From assembly GCA_013265495.1 (NCBI GenBank), contig MU057503.1:682001-746000 (forward strand): 64,000 nt of DNA, written 5' to 3'. Numbering within the stretch: the first letter of the stretch is position 1; each line of letters starts with the position of its first letter. This document shows, piece after piece, positions 11,186-23,661 of the stretch. Source of the DNA: Vicugna vicugna. Its lineage: Eukaryota. A program made the position numbers and the translations under genes. Under the pieces are notes generated by a model. The model saw only the letters and a program-made list of their open reading frames with translations. It did not search any database and had not been told where the DNA came from.

Positions 11186-11839
11186 TACGAGAAACGTGTG
11201 CTGTTTACTTAATGGATAGGCAGACATGGAAGTGACGGAATATATCAAATAAGAAAACAAGCAGTGACTTTGACTCTAAACAGATACAGAACAAGAACAG
11301 CTGTGAATGAGACTCACCGACTGGTTCTATTCAGATACATAAGAACTGTCCCTCTAGCTTGATTTCCACGGGCTTACTTTAGTGGAAAACCCCACATACA
11401 TTTGCTGTGGGCAGATCTGTAAATTCTTCAGCATATGGGAAATTGTAGAGAAGGAAACAGGATTGGCCACTGCCTGCTAATCACCGCCCAGGCTGAATTA
11501 CCCAACAGGCCGTCCGTCTATGCACATGTTTCTATCAGGTGCCAAGCAGGGGCAGGAAAAACAGTAATCTATAAATATACTTACATATACAAGTACATTT
11601 ATATAAATATAGATTTTCATATAAATAAATATGTATAATACATATTTTTTAAATCTTCATTTTGGATGATGTCTTCTAAAAAGTACCAAAGTGGTCATTA
11701 TTAGAAAAAGCAAAACATTTTTGGCCATCCTTATATCTGATGTATGGTTTTGTACTGTTTTCAGTTTGATTGCTGGGACTAGAGCACTAGATATAATTTT
11801 TTGATGCCCAAGGCTTCATAGGGTTTTCCTGTGGCTCAG

Positions 11840-12685
11840 AATTCTCCACTTGCATGTCTCCCAGGTACCTCAAAATAAACATCACAAATAAAATTCATGC
11901 CCATGGCTCTGCTTCTCCTCCTCCTGAGACGACAGTCTCAGTGGATGACATCAGGACCCAGTGTGGAAACCTGGGAGGTAGCCTCTGTTTCTTCCCCTTT
12001 GTCACCTTCCCATATGGGTCTGAGCCAGTTTTGATTGATTCTGCCTTCCAGATACCTCCCAAGTCTTTCTCCCCTTGACTGTCCCATAGCTACTAATTTT
12101 ACTTAGATCTTCGTTATTCTATATTCAGACTTCTCAGCAGTTCCTTGCTGGTGCTCAGGTGGAGCCATCTTCCACACAACAGCTTTACTTCCTTCCACTT
12201 TAAACTCTTCACTTGGCCATTTGGTTAAAGACCTCACCATGAGCCTTCGCGATCTGGTCCTGATTACCCTCCTGTTACAGGTTAACCTTTCCTCCATCCC
12301 AGCAACTCTATGCTGCAGCCTTACTCGTTACTTGTCATTTCTAGGATGTGATGTCCTTGTCCCCCACCCTCTTGTCTGAACAGGCCATTTCGTTTTGCCT
12401 GAAACACTGCAAGCCCTTTCCCTGCCCCTACACCCGCACCCTGTGGATAATTCCTAAATTTTTTTCTATCCCTCACATCCTTTCAGCAGTTAAGGGCTTC
12501 CTTCTCTATATTCCCAAAACACCTTTACATAACTCTCGCAATAATTATAGCTCATCATATTGTGTCAAAATTATCTGATTCCTTCCATGTAAGATAATTG
12601 AAGAAGAGGGGCTGTTTCTTTTTTCGCTTTGAATCTACAATATTTAACCATATATTCCATGTATTAAATACAGGTTTAATAAATG
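11840..12685 (+). mobile_element. Degenerate L2 LINE, 3' portion
   Basis: ctccacttgcatgtctcccaggtacctcaaa... pyrimidine-rich L2-type sequence ending near aataaatgagt. Confidence 0.6.
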
Positions 12686-13027
12686 AGTAAAAGACTATGG
12701 CAAAGAGGGACTGGCAACAATAAATGTCTCACTTAAAGGCCAAATTAGAAGGTTTTATAGTACTTTCTAGAATAAAAGAAGATGGAGGTAAAAGGTTCAG
12801 AAACCTAGGCCAGTATCTATAGGGTCCTAGTTTTGGTATCCAGGAGTTACCAGGTTTCATATAAATGTCCTCAGTATGCAAATCAGGTGATTACACATAT
12901 TAAAAAGCATTTTATTTAATATGTCTGGAAAACAAAAGTGCATCCTAAATTTGAATATAAAGGTATTTTGAATGCCTCTATACTTAACCCCTTTGGCCTT
13001 TCTATTAAGTTATAAAAAATACGTGAG

Positions 13028-13419
13028 TGTAAAAATTGATAAATAAAAATCTCAGTTAAAATAGAGTTGGGAGCCTAGAAGGGGAAGCTGTCATAGTCTC
13101 CGACAATGGCCACGCCCAAGGGAAGGAGGACTTCCTCTGCTTGCCGAGCAAGAGCTCTGCCAGTGAGACACTGTCACATCTCAGCCAGTGCAAAGCCGCT
13201 GTGTTTCAGAACTCTCGATTCCTCCAGGGGGCTCCTGCTTACTGTAGCCTTCCCAACTTCCAGGCCCACTCTTGAGAAGAAGGGAGAGGGGTTGTTGACA
13301 ACTTGCCATGGTTGCAGACTTGGAATTGCAATTCTTTGCTGATCTTGAATAAAACCTTTTCTTCCCTTTTCTTTTTTTCCTGGAGAAATAACTGGCAGCC
13401 TATTTATTTTAGGTCAACA
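13028..13419 (+). mobile_element. Solo ERV LTR (ERV1-like)
   Basis: TG...CA termini (tgtaaaaattg...aggtcaaca), AATAAA near 13348, flanks tgag/tggg (4-bp TSD with one mismatch). Confidence 0.7.
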
Positions 13420-16400
13420 TGGGAGATGTCTGTTGTTACTGAACTTTCAATTTGAAATTCAGGATCAATTTTCATAAATCTTGTGATTTTTCATGAATAG
13501 TATCCTTCTTGTGTCTGACAATAACTGTGTTATCCACCAGTGTTTTCTTTCCTAGCATGCGCTTGGTGTTCATTGTTTTGCTATTGTTCCTGAAAGCGAT
13601 AGAAAAATATTTCCAGAAACTACCGAAGTTTGTAAAACATGACAGTTAAAAATCAACTTAGTTTTTTTAAAAACTGACTTGAGTTGTTCGCAAATGTAGT
13701 AGGATGACAAGTCTGAAGAAGCTTATTAGCAATTAGTGTTTGTATGTATCAAAGCACATACGATTCTGTGCTTTTTCAGCAGTGAGGCTCATCAATATTA
13801 GGTACTGGAACTTTGTAAAATAATTCAGAATTTTCTATCATTGAGATATTCTAGAATAACATACGTAAAATGCACACTGTAGGCATTTAATAAGTGGTAG
13901 CTATTGTTTTTACTAAAAGCTCCCTGTGTGAAATGCAGCTAGGAGCTTGTTTCTAGCCTCTAAACATACCAAGAACCACTCACCACTACCCCATAACAGG
14001 TGGATAAGATTTAAACTGTAATTATGCAGTCAGAGATGGCTACTCATTCCTCATTCTTTCTGCCAAAAAAAGACTTTACAATTAGATTTCCACAAAAATA
14101 CAAAAATATCACTCATTTCTTTCCCATAAAGGAAAAGCTAGAGAACTTTTGTATCCTCTGCTGACCTTCTCACTACCTCTCTCTCTCTCTCTCTTTTTTC
14201 ATTCTGAGTACATTCTGCATCATAGCAGGAGCTGGACATTCAAAATCTGAAAGTCAAAGTGTTCCTTTTAATATGTCCCAGTTCCACATTTCAATTCAGC
14301 AGCTTACATCACCTTTTCTGTCTCAACTACCCTGAGAAGCCTTTTAAATAAAGTGGTTAATTACCACCTTCTCTCTTCATCTCACTCCATGAAAGGTGTT
14401 TTCTGGAAAGGAACTTAGAGGCAAGGCAAGCGTTCAGATCTGAGTTAAGTCTTCGAAGCGATGGGAGAAGTGGACCGCAGTTCCTTCTTGAGGCTTCAGT
14501 GTTATTTTGCTTGTTTTCTGGAAAGATTCTAATCCCCTAGCTGAACTAGATTCACAGAGAAGTATAGATGCATTCATTCCAAAAGCACGCGCAAGTAATC
14601 TGGGGCTGTGTGTAACTACAGATCTCTGATTTTCATCTCTTGATATATGTTATTGGGAATCAAAACATTCACTTTTAACCTTAAAAAAGTTCTCTTTAGT
14701 GCAAGATTAGTATTTGGCAAAGTCACTCTTCCTCCTTATGCACAGTGTGGAAAGAACAAGGGAATTTTGAAAAAAAAATTTTTTTCCCAACATTTACTGA
14801 TTTTTCAAATAAACAAGTACTGGGTTTTTAAAAGACTTTTTTATCTGTGATTTTAAGGAATTCTTTTGAAAAGTCTACATGTAGTGCTATGCCCATTGCT
14901 CCTTCTTTTACAAATTCTTTTAAATGTTTTGATTTATCAAGCCAGACTGGTTCTTTTCCCATGATTTTAGAGAAAAAGGGATGAGGTTCTATTCTGCAAA
15001 AATTATGTCCTGAGCACCCTCTGTGTCAGGAAAGCTCACCGTTCTAACATTGGATTTCCCATTCCTCTCCTTCCTGGAGCTCTTTTGTCCACTCCCTCCT
15101 GTCCTGTGGGACAGTGTTGGGTTTTTCCTTGCTTTCAGTGCTCTATTATTCCAGTTGCTGTCCCACCACTTTCATGGTAGAAGCATTTTTCCTTGCAAAC
15201 ATATCTGCTTCTTTGTTTGTTTTAGCTTGGGGGTCTGTAAGAAAGTCTTCACTGCTTAGTCAGCTGCCCAGGTCCAGGGCTGGATTAAAGCAGGATGACA
15301 GACCATAATAGGCAGCAGCTAACTCTTTAAGGCCACGTTCAAAGAAAGAGCACGAACAACAACAGCCTGGCAAAAGCTCTGCGTGGTCGATCAGCTTTTC
15401 TGCAGAAACAAAACAAAGGCGTTTCTGGCTCTGATAGGCCATTTTGCTTGTTAGAAGGCAAAAAACAAAATTGCAATGTTTGACCAAAGGAGATAGTATC
15501 ACGCTCTTAAACAACCACTGTGTTCCTTTGAATTGGCCACCGCAAACATTTGTCATGTCAGAGCACTCCTGAGAAGAATTACTGGTTTGTGTAGTCTATT
15601 GGTAACAAGGAACAAAACATAAGTTTGAATTGTAGACCATTTGGCTGCCTTCAATTACAAAGAGCGAAGCCTACGGAATCCTGGGTTATTTTTTTTAAGT
15701 TTCCTGTCAGCAACTAGATTAAACTAAATATGCATCAACGTTTTGGTCCAGGAGACAGTTGTGCCTGTTTTTCTTTCGTTACTTGGAAAAATACGGAGCC
15801 TTAATGGAGGGTACAGTTGAAAACAAACAGGTCCTATCTTTGCCCCAGAGAATGCCAGAAACAAAAGTTGTGCAAGAAGCCAGGTTTACTTTCTACGCCT
15901 TCTCCCTAATTGTACCACGTCTCTCCCCAGAGACCACTCTAAACACTGTGCTTGAAGATTAGCCTTTCCTAGGCTTTTGCCGTCTCGTGGTTCCCTATTA
16001 TTCAAACATTCGTCTCAAGTCTTTCTTCCTCTTTCCTGAAGCCCAGCCGTCTGAGTCCTGTGCCCTGCTGAAGGATTGGGTCACCAACTCTCTGCTCTTC
16101 CAGTCGGGAAAGAAAGTCATGAGCCATCTTCTCAGGCCTGGAAATGTATATCCAGTATCTATTTGAACAATGATGTATGGTTGACTAACCGTATCTCACA
16201 GAGCGTGATTGAAATGCAGCCTTATTTCTGTCTCCCACAGTTCTTTAGAACTGATTAGGGAGAGAGGCGGGCTCATTTCCCCTGATCTTTATTAAGGAAA
16301 ATTATTACAAACTTGGAACTAAGGCAAGAGGCTGGCTAAATGTTCTTTCTCTACCATATTGGAGCATTGTCTCACAGGTCCACCCAGGGATTACTTAATT

Positions 16401-17226
16401 TTCTAGGGGAATATGCCATGGTTAGTTATTGTTAATGAGGGCCCACATTTTGTGAGGTTACATGTTAACTTTTAGATTTTTGCCCAATTGAGATGCAGAT
16501 GATTTCTGATAGACAAAAATTACCCAAAGGTTACATATGGTTGTATTGCCCTGGAGGAGTTTAGCCATTTTAGTTTCTAATCTCTCAGTCTTCCAATATT
16601 CTATCCCTTATTCAATTCCCACAAATATTTAGTTTCTCAGATGCTCGTTGAACCAGCATTAATATCCCTCTGGCTCTCGCCCATGAGTTAAATACATGTT
16701 GACGTGTTTATTCCATGGGTACAGAGGAGTCGTGTTTTTATCTTTTGAAAATTAGACTTGCCCATCCTAAATGAGGTCTTAGGCAGGCGTATCTTTTCTG
16801 TGGTCACTCTCAGAAAATAAAACTCCCGTGGTCACTTTTAGTAAAAACAGTTTCATCTCAGGAACTAGAATGTCCCATCTTGTTTAATTATCAAAACTCT
16901 GGACCCCTCTCCTCCAGCCCAGGCCGGCCTCGGGATGGAGGTCTGCAGTGGGTAAAGGGAGTGTGTTTCTCTGGCTCCATTGTTTTTCTACTCATCAGAT
17001 GCACTGCAGTTTTGGGCCCCACCAGGGTCAGAGGTGAGTGGGGTATATGGAAAGAGATTAGGCAGTCCTCCAGGGCTTGCTTGGCTCAGTGGCTTCGTAC
17101 TTTGTACCCGAGGATAACAGTTCATGCTGAACACATCTCTGTGGGGTCCTCTCCAGCAGGACCCTTGAGCTGGGCAGAAGAGAATTTGCTGGATTCCTTC
17201 ATCAGACCCTGGGCAACCAGGAGATC

Positions 17227-17750
17227 TGTAACCCAGCAGAACCCTATGGGGCTTCCTGGGAGAGGCCCCTCCCCCATTCATAGTCTCTGCTTTAACTCCT
17301 CTCTAAAAAACCTAGGTAACAGTATCTGATGCAGACTTCCTGAGTTGTTTTACAGATGAGGCAACCCCCACCAAATGGAAGATGTTAACGTTAAGATGGC
17401 CATGAGCACAAAGTCCCCAAAGGAGCCTGAGGATTAATAAGGATCCTCCTGGAGCCTGGGGACTGACAGTGTTAACCCCGCTGATGCTGCCCTGTGCCCT
17501 CACCATCAACCAGTCAGAGAACTGTGCATGAACTGATCACATACCCTCAACCCCCACCTCCCTCACCTGGCCTTGAAAACTGCTTTGCTGAAACCCACTG
17601 GGGAGTCTGGGCGTTCTGAGCACTCGCTGCCCCAGACTCCTTGCTTGGCGCCCTGCAGTAAACACTGCACGTGTTTTGCCTTCACCACAGCTTGGTGTCA
17701 GATGGCTTTACTGCATACAGGTGGGTGGACCCAAGTTTAATTTGGTAATA
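17227..17750 (+). mobile_element. Solo ERV LTR (ERV1-like)
   Basis: Starts tgtaacc, ends ggtaata (decayed CA); perfect 4-bp TSD GATC at 17223-17226 and 17751-17754; agtaaa poly(A)-signal variant near 17657. Confidence 0.8.
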
Positions 17751-18939
17751 GATCCACCTTGGTTTCTTTCTAGAAAAGATCTCAGTCCACTCCAGATGGC
17801 TCTATTGGGCAAGACCATTGGTCCCTGAGAATGTGGGTGCTCCTACAAGAGCAGTCCTTTCCTGCCTCCCTAAGTAGTTGGCATCTGCTCTCACTGTTTA
17901 GATTTCCCAGGGGGGACCCAGGCCCCTGTCTAGAAGCACTTTAAGTTTCCTCACATGTGAACCAGGCACTACCACTCTGTGTCTCCAGATTTAGAGAACA
18001 GTTTTCTGAGTGGTTGTCTGTAAGCTTGTGGAAAGTTTACACCTCCGTTCAAGGCGGAAGGGGAGGTCAAGGCTTCTGGCCTCTCCAGAGCAATCTCTTC
18101 ACCAGTTCAATCCTGCCCACTCTCTAAGTTCTTTATATGTGTTCAATTGACTGAGGGGATCAAGGGCTGAGGAGTAATTTCTCAGATTTATTTCTTTTGT
18201 AAATCTGCACATGGCGTGGGAGGCGAGGCACCATCTCAGACTTTCTTTGTTGCTCTCATTATTGCCTCAGTCAAATGGAGTTAGAAAGAATCTCATTCTA
18301 ATTTCCTGTTTCATTTACACTTAAATTTATTGAAAATAAGCAAACACAGGAGGGATGTCTCTCCCTGTCGGGGGTGGGGGTGGGGGGTGGGGAGGGTATT
18401 GAGATTGAAACACACCAAACAAGCAGTTACCCACTCAGTCAAGGAATAAAGTTAGATTTGAAATAAAGGCAGATGCTTCATGAATATGGCTGTTTTTCAA
18501 CAAAAGGCAAAAATTTTCCTTCACACACATACGATGAATATATGTGTACATTAAAAATCCACGTTAGTCATGGGCTTGGGGTGGTACCTGCAACTCTGCC
18601 TCCATCTCCTTAACTTCCCTTTGATTTTGTTGACTGATTGTGCTAAGTGCTGGGGTGCACAGTGGTGAACTAAACAATCATGGCCCCAACTTTCTAGAAG
18701 CTCTAGGAGACCCTGAGTGTGTGTCAGATTTGGTCACATTCTCGTGTCCTCTTCCTCTGCACTCATCTTTCACTTAGAGAGTCCTCTTAAGGGTCTAGAA
18801 TGGGTTTTCACAAAGTTCTGACTTTTTTCCCCAACACACCCTGCCCCTCCTCATGTTGTATTTTCTTTGGAACTACGACTCACATACTGGACTAACCCTG
18901 AAAATGATTGTATTTTTATATTCCTTCCCATCCTTGGGG

Positions 18940-19145
18940 TTATATTGGAAAAACACTCACTTCGGAATTAGACCTGGATTTGAGGACCAACTCTTTCATT
19001 TATTATTAGCTTTATTACTTGGGAAACTTAATCTCTCTGAAACTTGGTTTTTTTATCCACATGTAGGATTAAACACTGTCCAGCTGAAGTTGTTTTATTA
19101 ACTGAGGTAATGTCTTCAGAGTGCTGACATGAAATAAATGTTCCC
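18940..19145 (+). mobile_element. MIR SINE
   Basis: ttcggaattagacctggatttga...cttaatctctctgaaacttggttt. Confidence 0.65.
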
Positions 19146-20439
19146 GAAGTGAATCCTCCTAGGAGCTTCCTTTCTCTTCATCCTGTTTTGGGCGCACCTC
19201 TCCCAGTTCGAGTGCAGGACTGAAATTTCCAATTTTTTGGTTTTAAGAACATATGTTCTTAAAAGTTAAAGTCATTCTTCGTATTTACCACTTAGAGTAT
19301 GAGGTTATCCACTCTTGCTTTACACAGTAGGATAACAGCTATGCCTTTTACTCACATTTTAAATAACTCCCTTAACAACTGCGCCACCTCACAGACACAG
19401 GCCAGACTACTGTGTTTTTTCTCATCCATTCTCCTACTGTACCTCTTCCCCTGATTATTTAGGATGCTTGTGAAGACCCACAGATCTTTAGAGATCATTA
19501 ACTTGCTTCTTAGAATGGGGCAAATAATATACTTACCTGTTAATCACAAAGTTAGTCCAGGATTTGCTCAACAAGCACTTCATGTGTGATCATTTATGAC
19601 CAGTCAATCACTGACTAAGTGGTATTTCTGAAGGGGAGCTAGAAAGTGCTGTGAGAGTCATAGGGCATCGTTTTAAGGACATGAAACTTGATTGCATCAG
19701 TGTTTCCTAGTTTCAGCTCCCAATCACCATCAGACTCATGGATTGTTAAGTTTCACCAGAGCCCTAGAGTAACATCAAATTGATCCAGTTTTTCCTCCTG
19801 TCAATCATTTCTTTTTCTCCATCCAACTCACCAAGAGTCACTTAGCATTTCACGTGGGAAGAGCAGGATTCCTGTACTCACCACAGGACTGACAAGCGGT
19901 CAGTGCCCTTGGATACTACTCAGAACCACCAGTCGCTGCAGCTATGATTGTAACTATTCTCACTCCCCCTTGGCAGAAACCAGATCCCTCATAGAAAGGC
20001 AAACGGATAGCTATCAAAAGCATTAGAGACCATGTAGGGTCAACCTGATGTTTGATTTGTCTAACTGATTTTTTAAAAAAATCACTGAAACCTTTTTTTA
20101 AAAAAATGAATGTATAAGAATCATCTCAAATAAAGCCAATAAAAGATGTCTGGTTGAAGCAAGGGTGAGGGATCTAGCACTCTACTCACTCAGCCCCTCC
20201 TTATCTGAGTTATTTCTGAAGACTCCACATGCTGTGCTGGTCACAGTCTGAATAACACTAACCCAGGTCAACCTCTTCATTTTGCAGAAGAGGGGACTGA
20301 GGCCCAGAGATACGAAAAAACTCTCTACATCAAGTAGTGATTAGTGACAAATTTTATTCAAACTCAATTCAGGGTTTTGTGTGTGTGTGTGTGTGATTTA
20401 TACCATTCTGCCACTTTGCATGATGGCTAAAGAGTGCGA

Positions 20440-20618
20440 CTGGTCCAGGACTAGGGTGAGGCAAGTAAGATGTCTAGGGTGTAAAATTTAAGGAAGCACT
20501 ACCTTTTGGGTCTGGATAAGTGCTAACTTTGCACTTGCAGTGCCTTGAGAGGGAACGCTTCCTTAAATTTTGTGCCCTGGCTGTCTTGTTTGCCTTCCCA
20601 ATCCCAATCCTGCCTCTG
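20440..20618. mobile_element. MER96 (hAT-Tip100) palindromic MITE
   Basis: caggactagggtgaggcaag...aaaatttaagga...tccttaaatttt...atcctgcc; long internal inverted repeat. Confidence 0.85.
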
Positions 20619-20679
20619 CTCATTCCTTATGCCACATGAACCCTCTGCCTCTTGTTTCTTACCCTCTTCTCTTTGTCTT

Positions 20680-21310
20680 CCCCATTAGACTATGAATCTT
20701 GGAGACCAAAGACAGTGTCTTCACCCTTATGTTCCTGGGGTTTGAGTTAGTACATGGCAATTAATGGGTACTCAATAGTGTCTATTGAATGGGTAGGTGG
20801 GTCTAAATTCTTTTATGAAGGTTTTCTCGGCACCTCAGATCTACTCGGATTCCTACATCCTCTGAATTCATAACACATTATCTAAATAACTCAATTCACA
20901 TTTAATCATGTATGCTGACATAACTTTTATGTTCATGGAACTCTTATGCAGTAATTTAATTTTCTAATACTCTGTCTCTATGCCCAATTAGTTAAGAGCA
21001 AAAACCAATGTGTATTCTTTGAATTCTCTGAGCAGCTAGCATAGGACTCTACACATTGGAGACATGCAGCAAATGGTAATTTAATAAATTAATTAATGAA
21101 TAAACAAGTGGCATTTTTTTTTCAGTTAAAAACAGAGTTTATAAAATTTGGGAATGGTTTTTAGGTCCTAACTAGCTTGCTAATGTAGCTGAGTGACTGC
21201 ATAAATCATTTCACCTCTTTGCCCTCAGTTCCTTTATATGTAAAATGAGGCAGTGACTGGAGTGATTCTGATGATAACTACAGCTCTACCATCCTGAGAG
21301 TCTATGAATT
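20680..21310 (+). mobile_element. L2 3' ends (about 20680-20790 and 21000-21105) and a MIR fragment (about 21160-21310)
   Basis: ccccattagactatgaa...tactcaata; cctcagttcctttatatgtaaaatgagg. Confidence 0.6.
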
Positions 21311-22049
21311 GTGAAATATATTTATACAGAATGTCATGCTGCTATGAATCCACTTGTCATTCTAGCAGGAATTGGCTAAATGTAGTTGATGGCCCAAGTT
21401 TAAGTGTTCAGAGAGTCCTGAAATTATGACCAGATTGTGTGTCAAAAATTAATTTGTAACATACTAAGTGTTTTATGGTTGAACTAGTTTCTGTGGTTTA
21501 GCCCAAAATTAAACACCTTGTATATAGAACTAATAATATTCCAAGTATGTATATTCACATATAGTGTTATTTCTACGGGAAAATGCATTCATAATTCTAA
21601 CGAGGAGCTTCAAGAACCAAGCTCCCCAGATTACTGCATGGAAAAGAAGGAGAATGAGAGACTAAAAAGGGATACTATGTTCTCAAGACTTTGATCGCAA
21701 TACCTGAAAAAAAAATCAGACATTGTAACTTCAGATTTCTATCTTGATCCAGAAGGTCATTAACATATAATAAGGTCAAATTGAGTTTTTTATTATTTCA
21801 AGAAGGTGAAACAGGTCTTTTAAAATAGCTAATTATATGATTATGTTCTCATATAACTATTTTCAGTATTTACTTCTGTCAAACACAAGACAGAAAATGG
21901 CCTGTTAAAAATTCTTTAAAAAAATATAAGTAATCTTCAAAGAGACTCCTGGAAAGGATTTTACTCCTTCCTTCTTTGCCTTTCCCACAATATTTAAAAA
22001 TTTTTTTCAATTATTCTGTTTTTTGAGCCATTTTTTAATAATTGCACAT

Positions 22050-22188
22050 TTTTATTATTATTTTTTATTTTGTGGGGAGATAATTAGGTTTTTATTCATT
22101 TATTTTTGATGGAGATACTGGGGATTGAACCCAGGATCTTGTGCATGCTAGACAGGCACTCTACTACTGAGCTATACCCTCCTCCCCC
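22050..22188 (-). mobile_element. Camelid vic-1-type SINE
   Basis: T-rich tail, ggggattgaacccagg...ctgagctataccctcctccccc. Confidence 0.88.
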
Positions 22189-23163
22189 AATTTAATTCAA
22201 GTGGCATTATTAAAGAGCCATGGAAATCCTGTAGGTGACTGATGTCTGTATTTGGTGACTAAATTAATCATGTGATGAAACTTACTTTTTTAAGGAAACG
22301 TGTACTTCCATGAGGAATTATTTGGTGGCCCCATAAAGGCCCCATGTCATCCTGGAATTCATCTTTCAGAGTCATGGTCTAGGCAATTCAATTCATGACA
22401 AGGAACCATCCTTGAACGTATGTTGTCATTTCTCCCCTAACTCCCCTTTTATCTAGGTCCTCATTCACTTAATGAATTATCGCTGGGTGTGGAGAAGAGT
22501 GCAAGGCTCCGTGTTAGATCTGGCAACTGTACTAATTCACATGGCTATTGGTACTGGTCTCTTAGATGCTATTTCCATCTATTCTTGTTGATCACGGTGG
22601 GCCGGTTAATCTTTCTTGAAAACAACTTCATTAGTCTTTAGTTTTATCCATTGTCAATAGATCGGAACATTTCAGCTCATCTTTCAAAGTCCCCTCCACC
22701 CCCACCGTCAGGCTTCTCCGTGTCTGTTCAACATCATTTCTGCCATCTTGCAGCCCTTTGGCCCCAGTCTGTAGTAGCTAGTTAGTCTGACCAAGGGGAT
22801 CTTTTCAAACCTCTTCCATCTTTACTTGCACTGGAACTTTGTGAGAGACAGTGAGGAGATGGGCCATGTCCTCTAGTGCCTGACCCCCTTCTCCCTTATT
22901 CCCAACTCCTCCATTGCCTAAGCACTTACCACAGGGCACATGCAATACAACAAACATAATAACAACATCTTCCATTACGGAGTGCTTACTATGTCAGGCA
23001 CTAAATTATTTTACATGCGTCATCTCTGCTTAACAGATCTCTGCCAAAACAATGACACAATTAGGCAGATATTGTTTTCTCTATGTTACAAATGAGCAAA
23101 TCAAGGCTCAGAGAATTGAGAGATTTGCACAAAGTCATCCAGCTAGTGAATGCGAGAGCCAGG

Positions 23164-23590
23164 TATTGGAAGAGGTCTTTGAGAGGATGTGACCGCTGGT
23201 TGACCCACGAGCTGGAAGTGGGACAAGGAGAATTGGAGAACCACCCCTCCCCCATCCTTGGAATGTAGCATCCACTTGCCTTCCCCACACTAGAAGCTGA
23301 CCAAAGGACACAGCTTTGAGGTAGTAATGTGTTGTTGAGACCAGGATATATGACTAAACCCAGTTAAGATCTCTCTCTGAACTTTAACATTCTGGCCAGG
23401 GAGTGTGGAGATCTCTGCTCATCTTGCAACACACAAGACAAGCCTGGTGACTAAGTTCCCTTGATTGTTAAACCCGCCACCCACCAATCTCCAATGGTCT
23501 GCCTCTTCCTTGTCTTGTCTCTCCTTGCCCTTCGTGTAGGAGGCCAGTCTCTGATTTCACCCAGGAAGCCCCCGAGATTTCTAACCAACA
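23164..23590 (+). mobile_element. Solo ERV LTR (same family as 30982-31411)
   Basis: Ends aaccaaca; perfect 5-bp TSD CCAGG at 23159-23163 and 23591-23595. Confidence 0.85.
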
Positions 23591-23612
23591 CCAGGATACA
23601 ACCAAAGCTTTT

Positions 23613-23661
23613 TTTTTTTTAATTTTTTTTTGTTATTATTGGAGTGTAGTTGATTTCCAAC
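23613..23661 (-). mobile_element. About 50-bp L1 3' stub with poly(T)
   Basis: Poly(T) plus attggagtgtagttgatttccaac; TSD accaaagctttt at 23601-23612 and 23662-23673. Confidence 0.8.

Noticed and set aside
20440..20618. Long hairpin resembling a pre-miRNA or novel structured RNA
   Set aside because: Explained by the palindromic MER96 MITE; no expression evidence is available from sequence.
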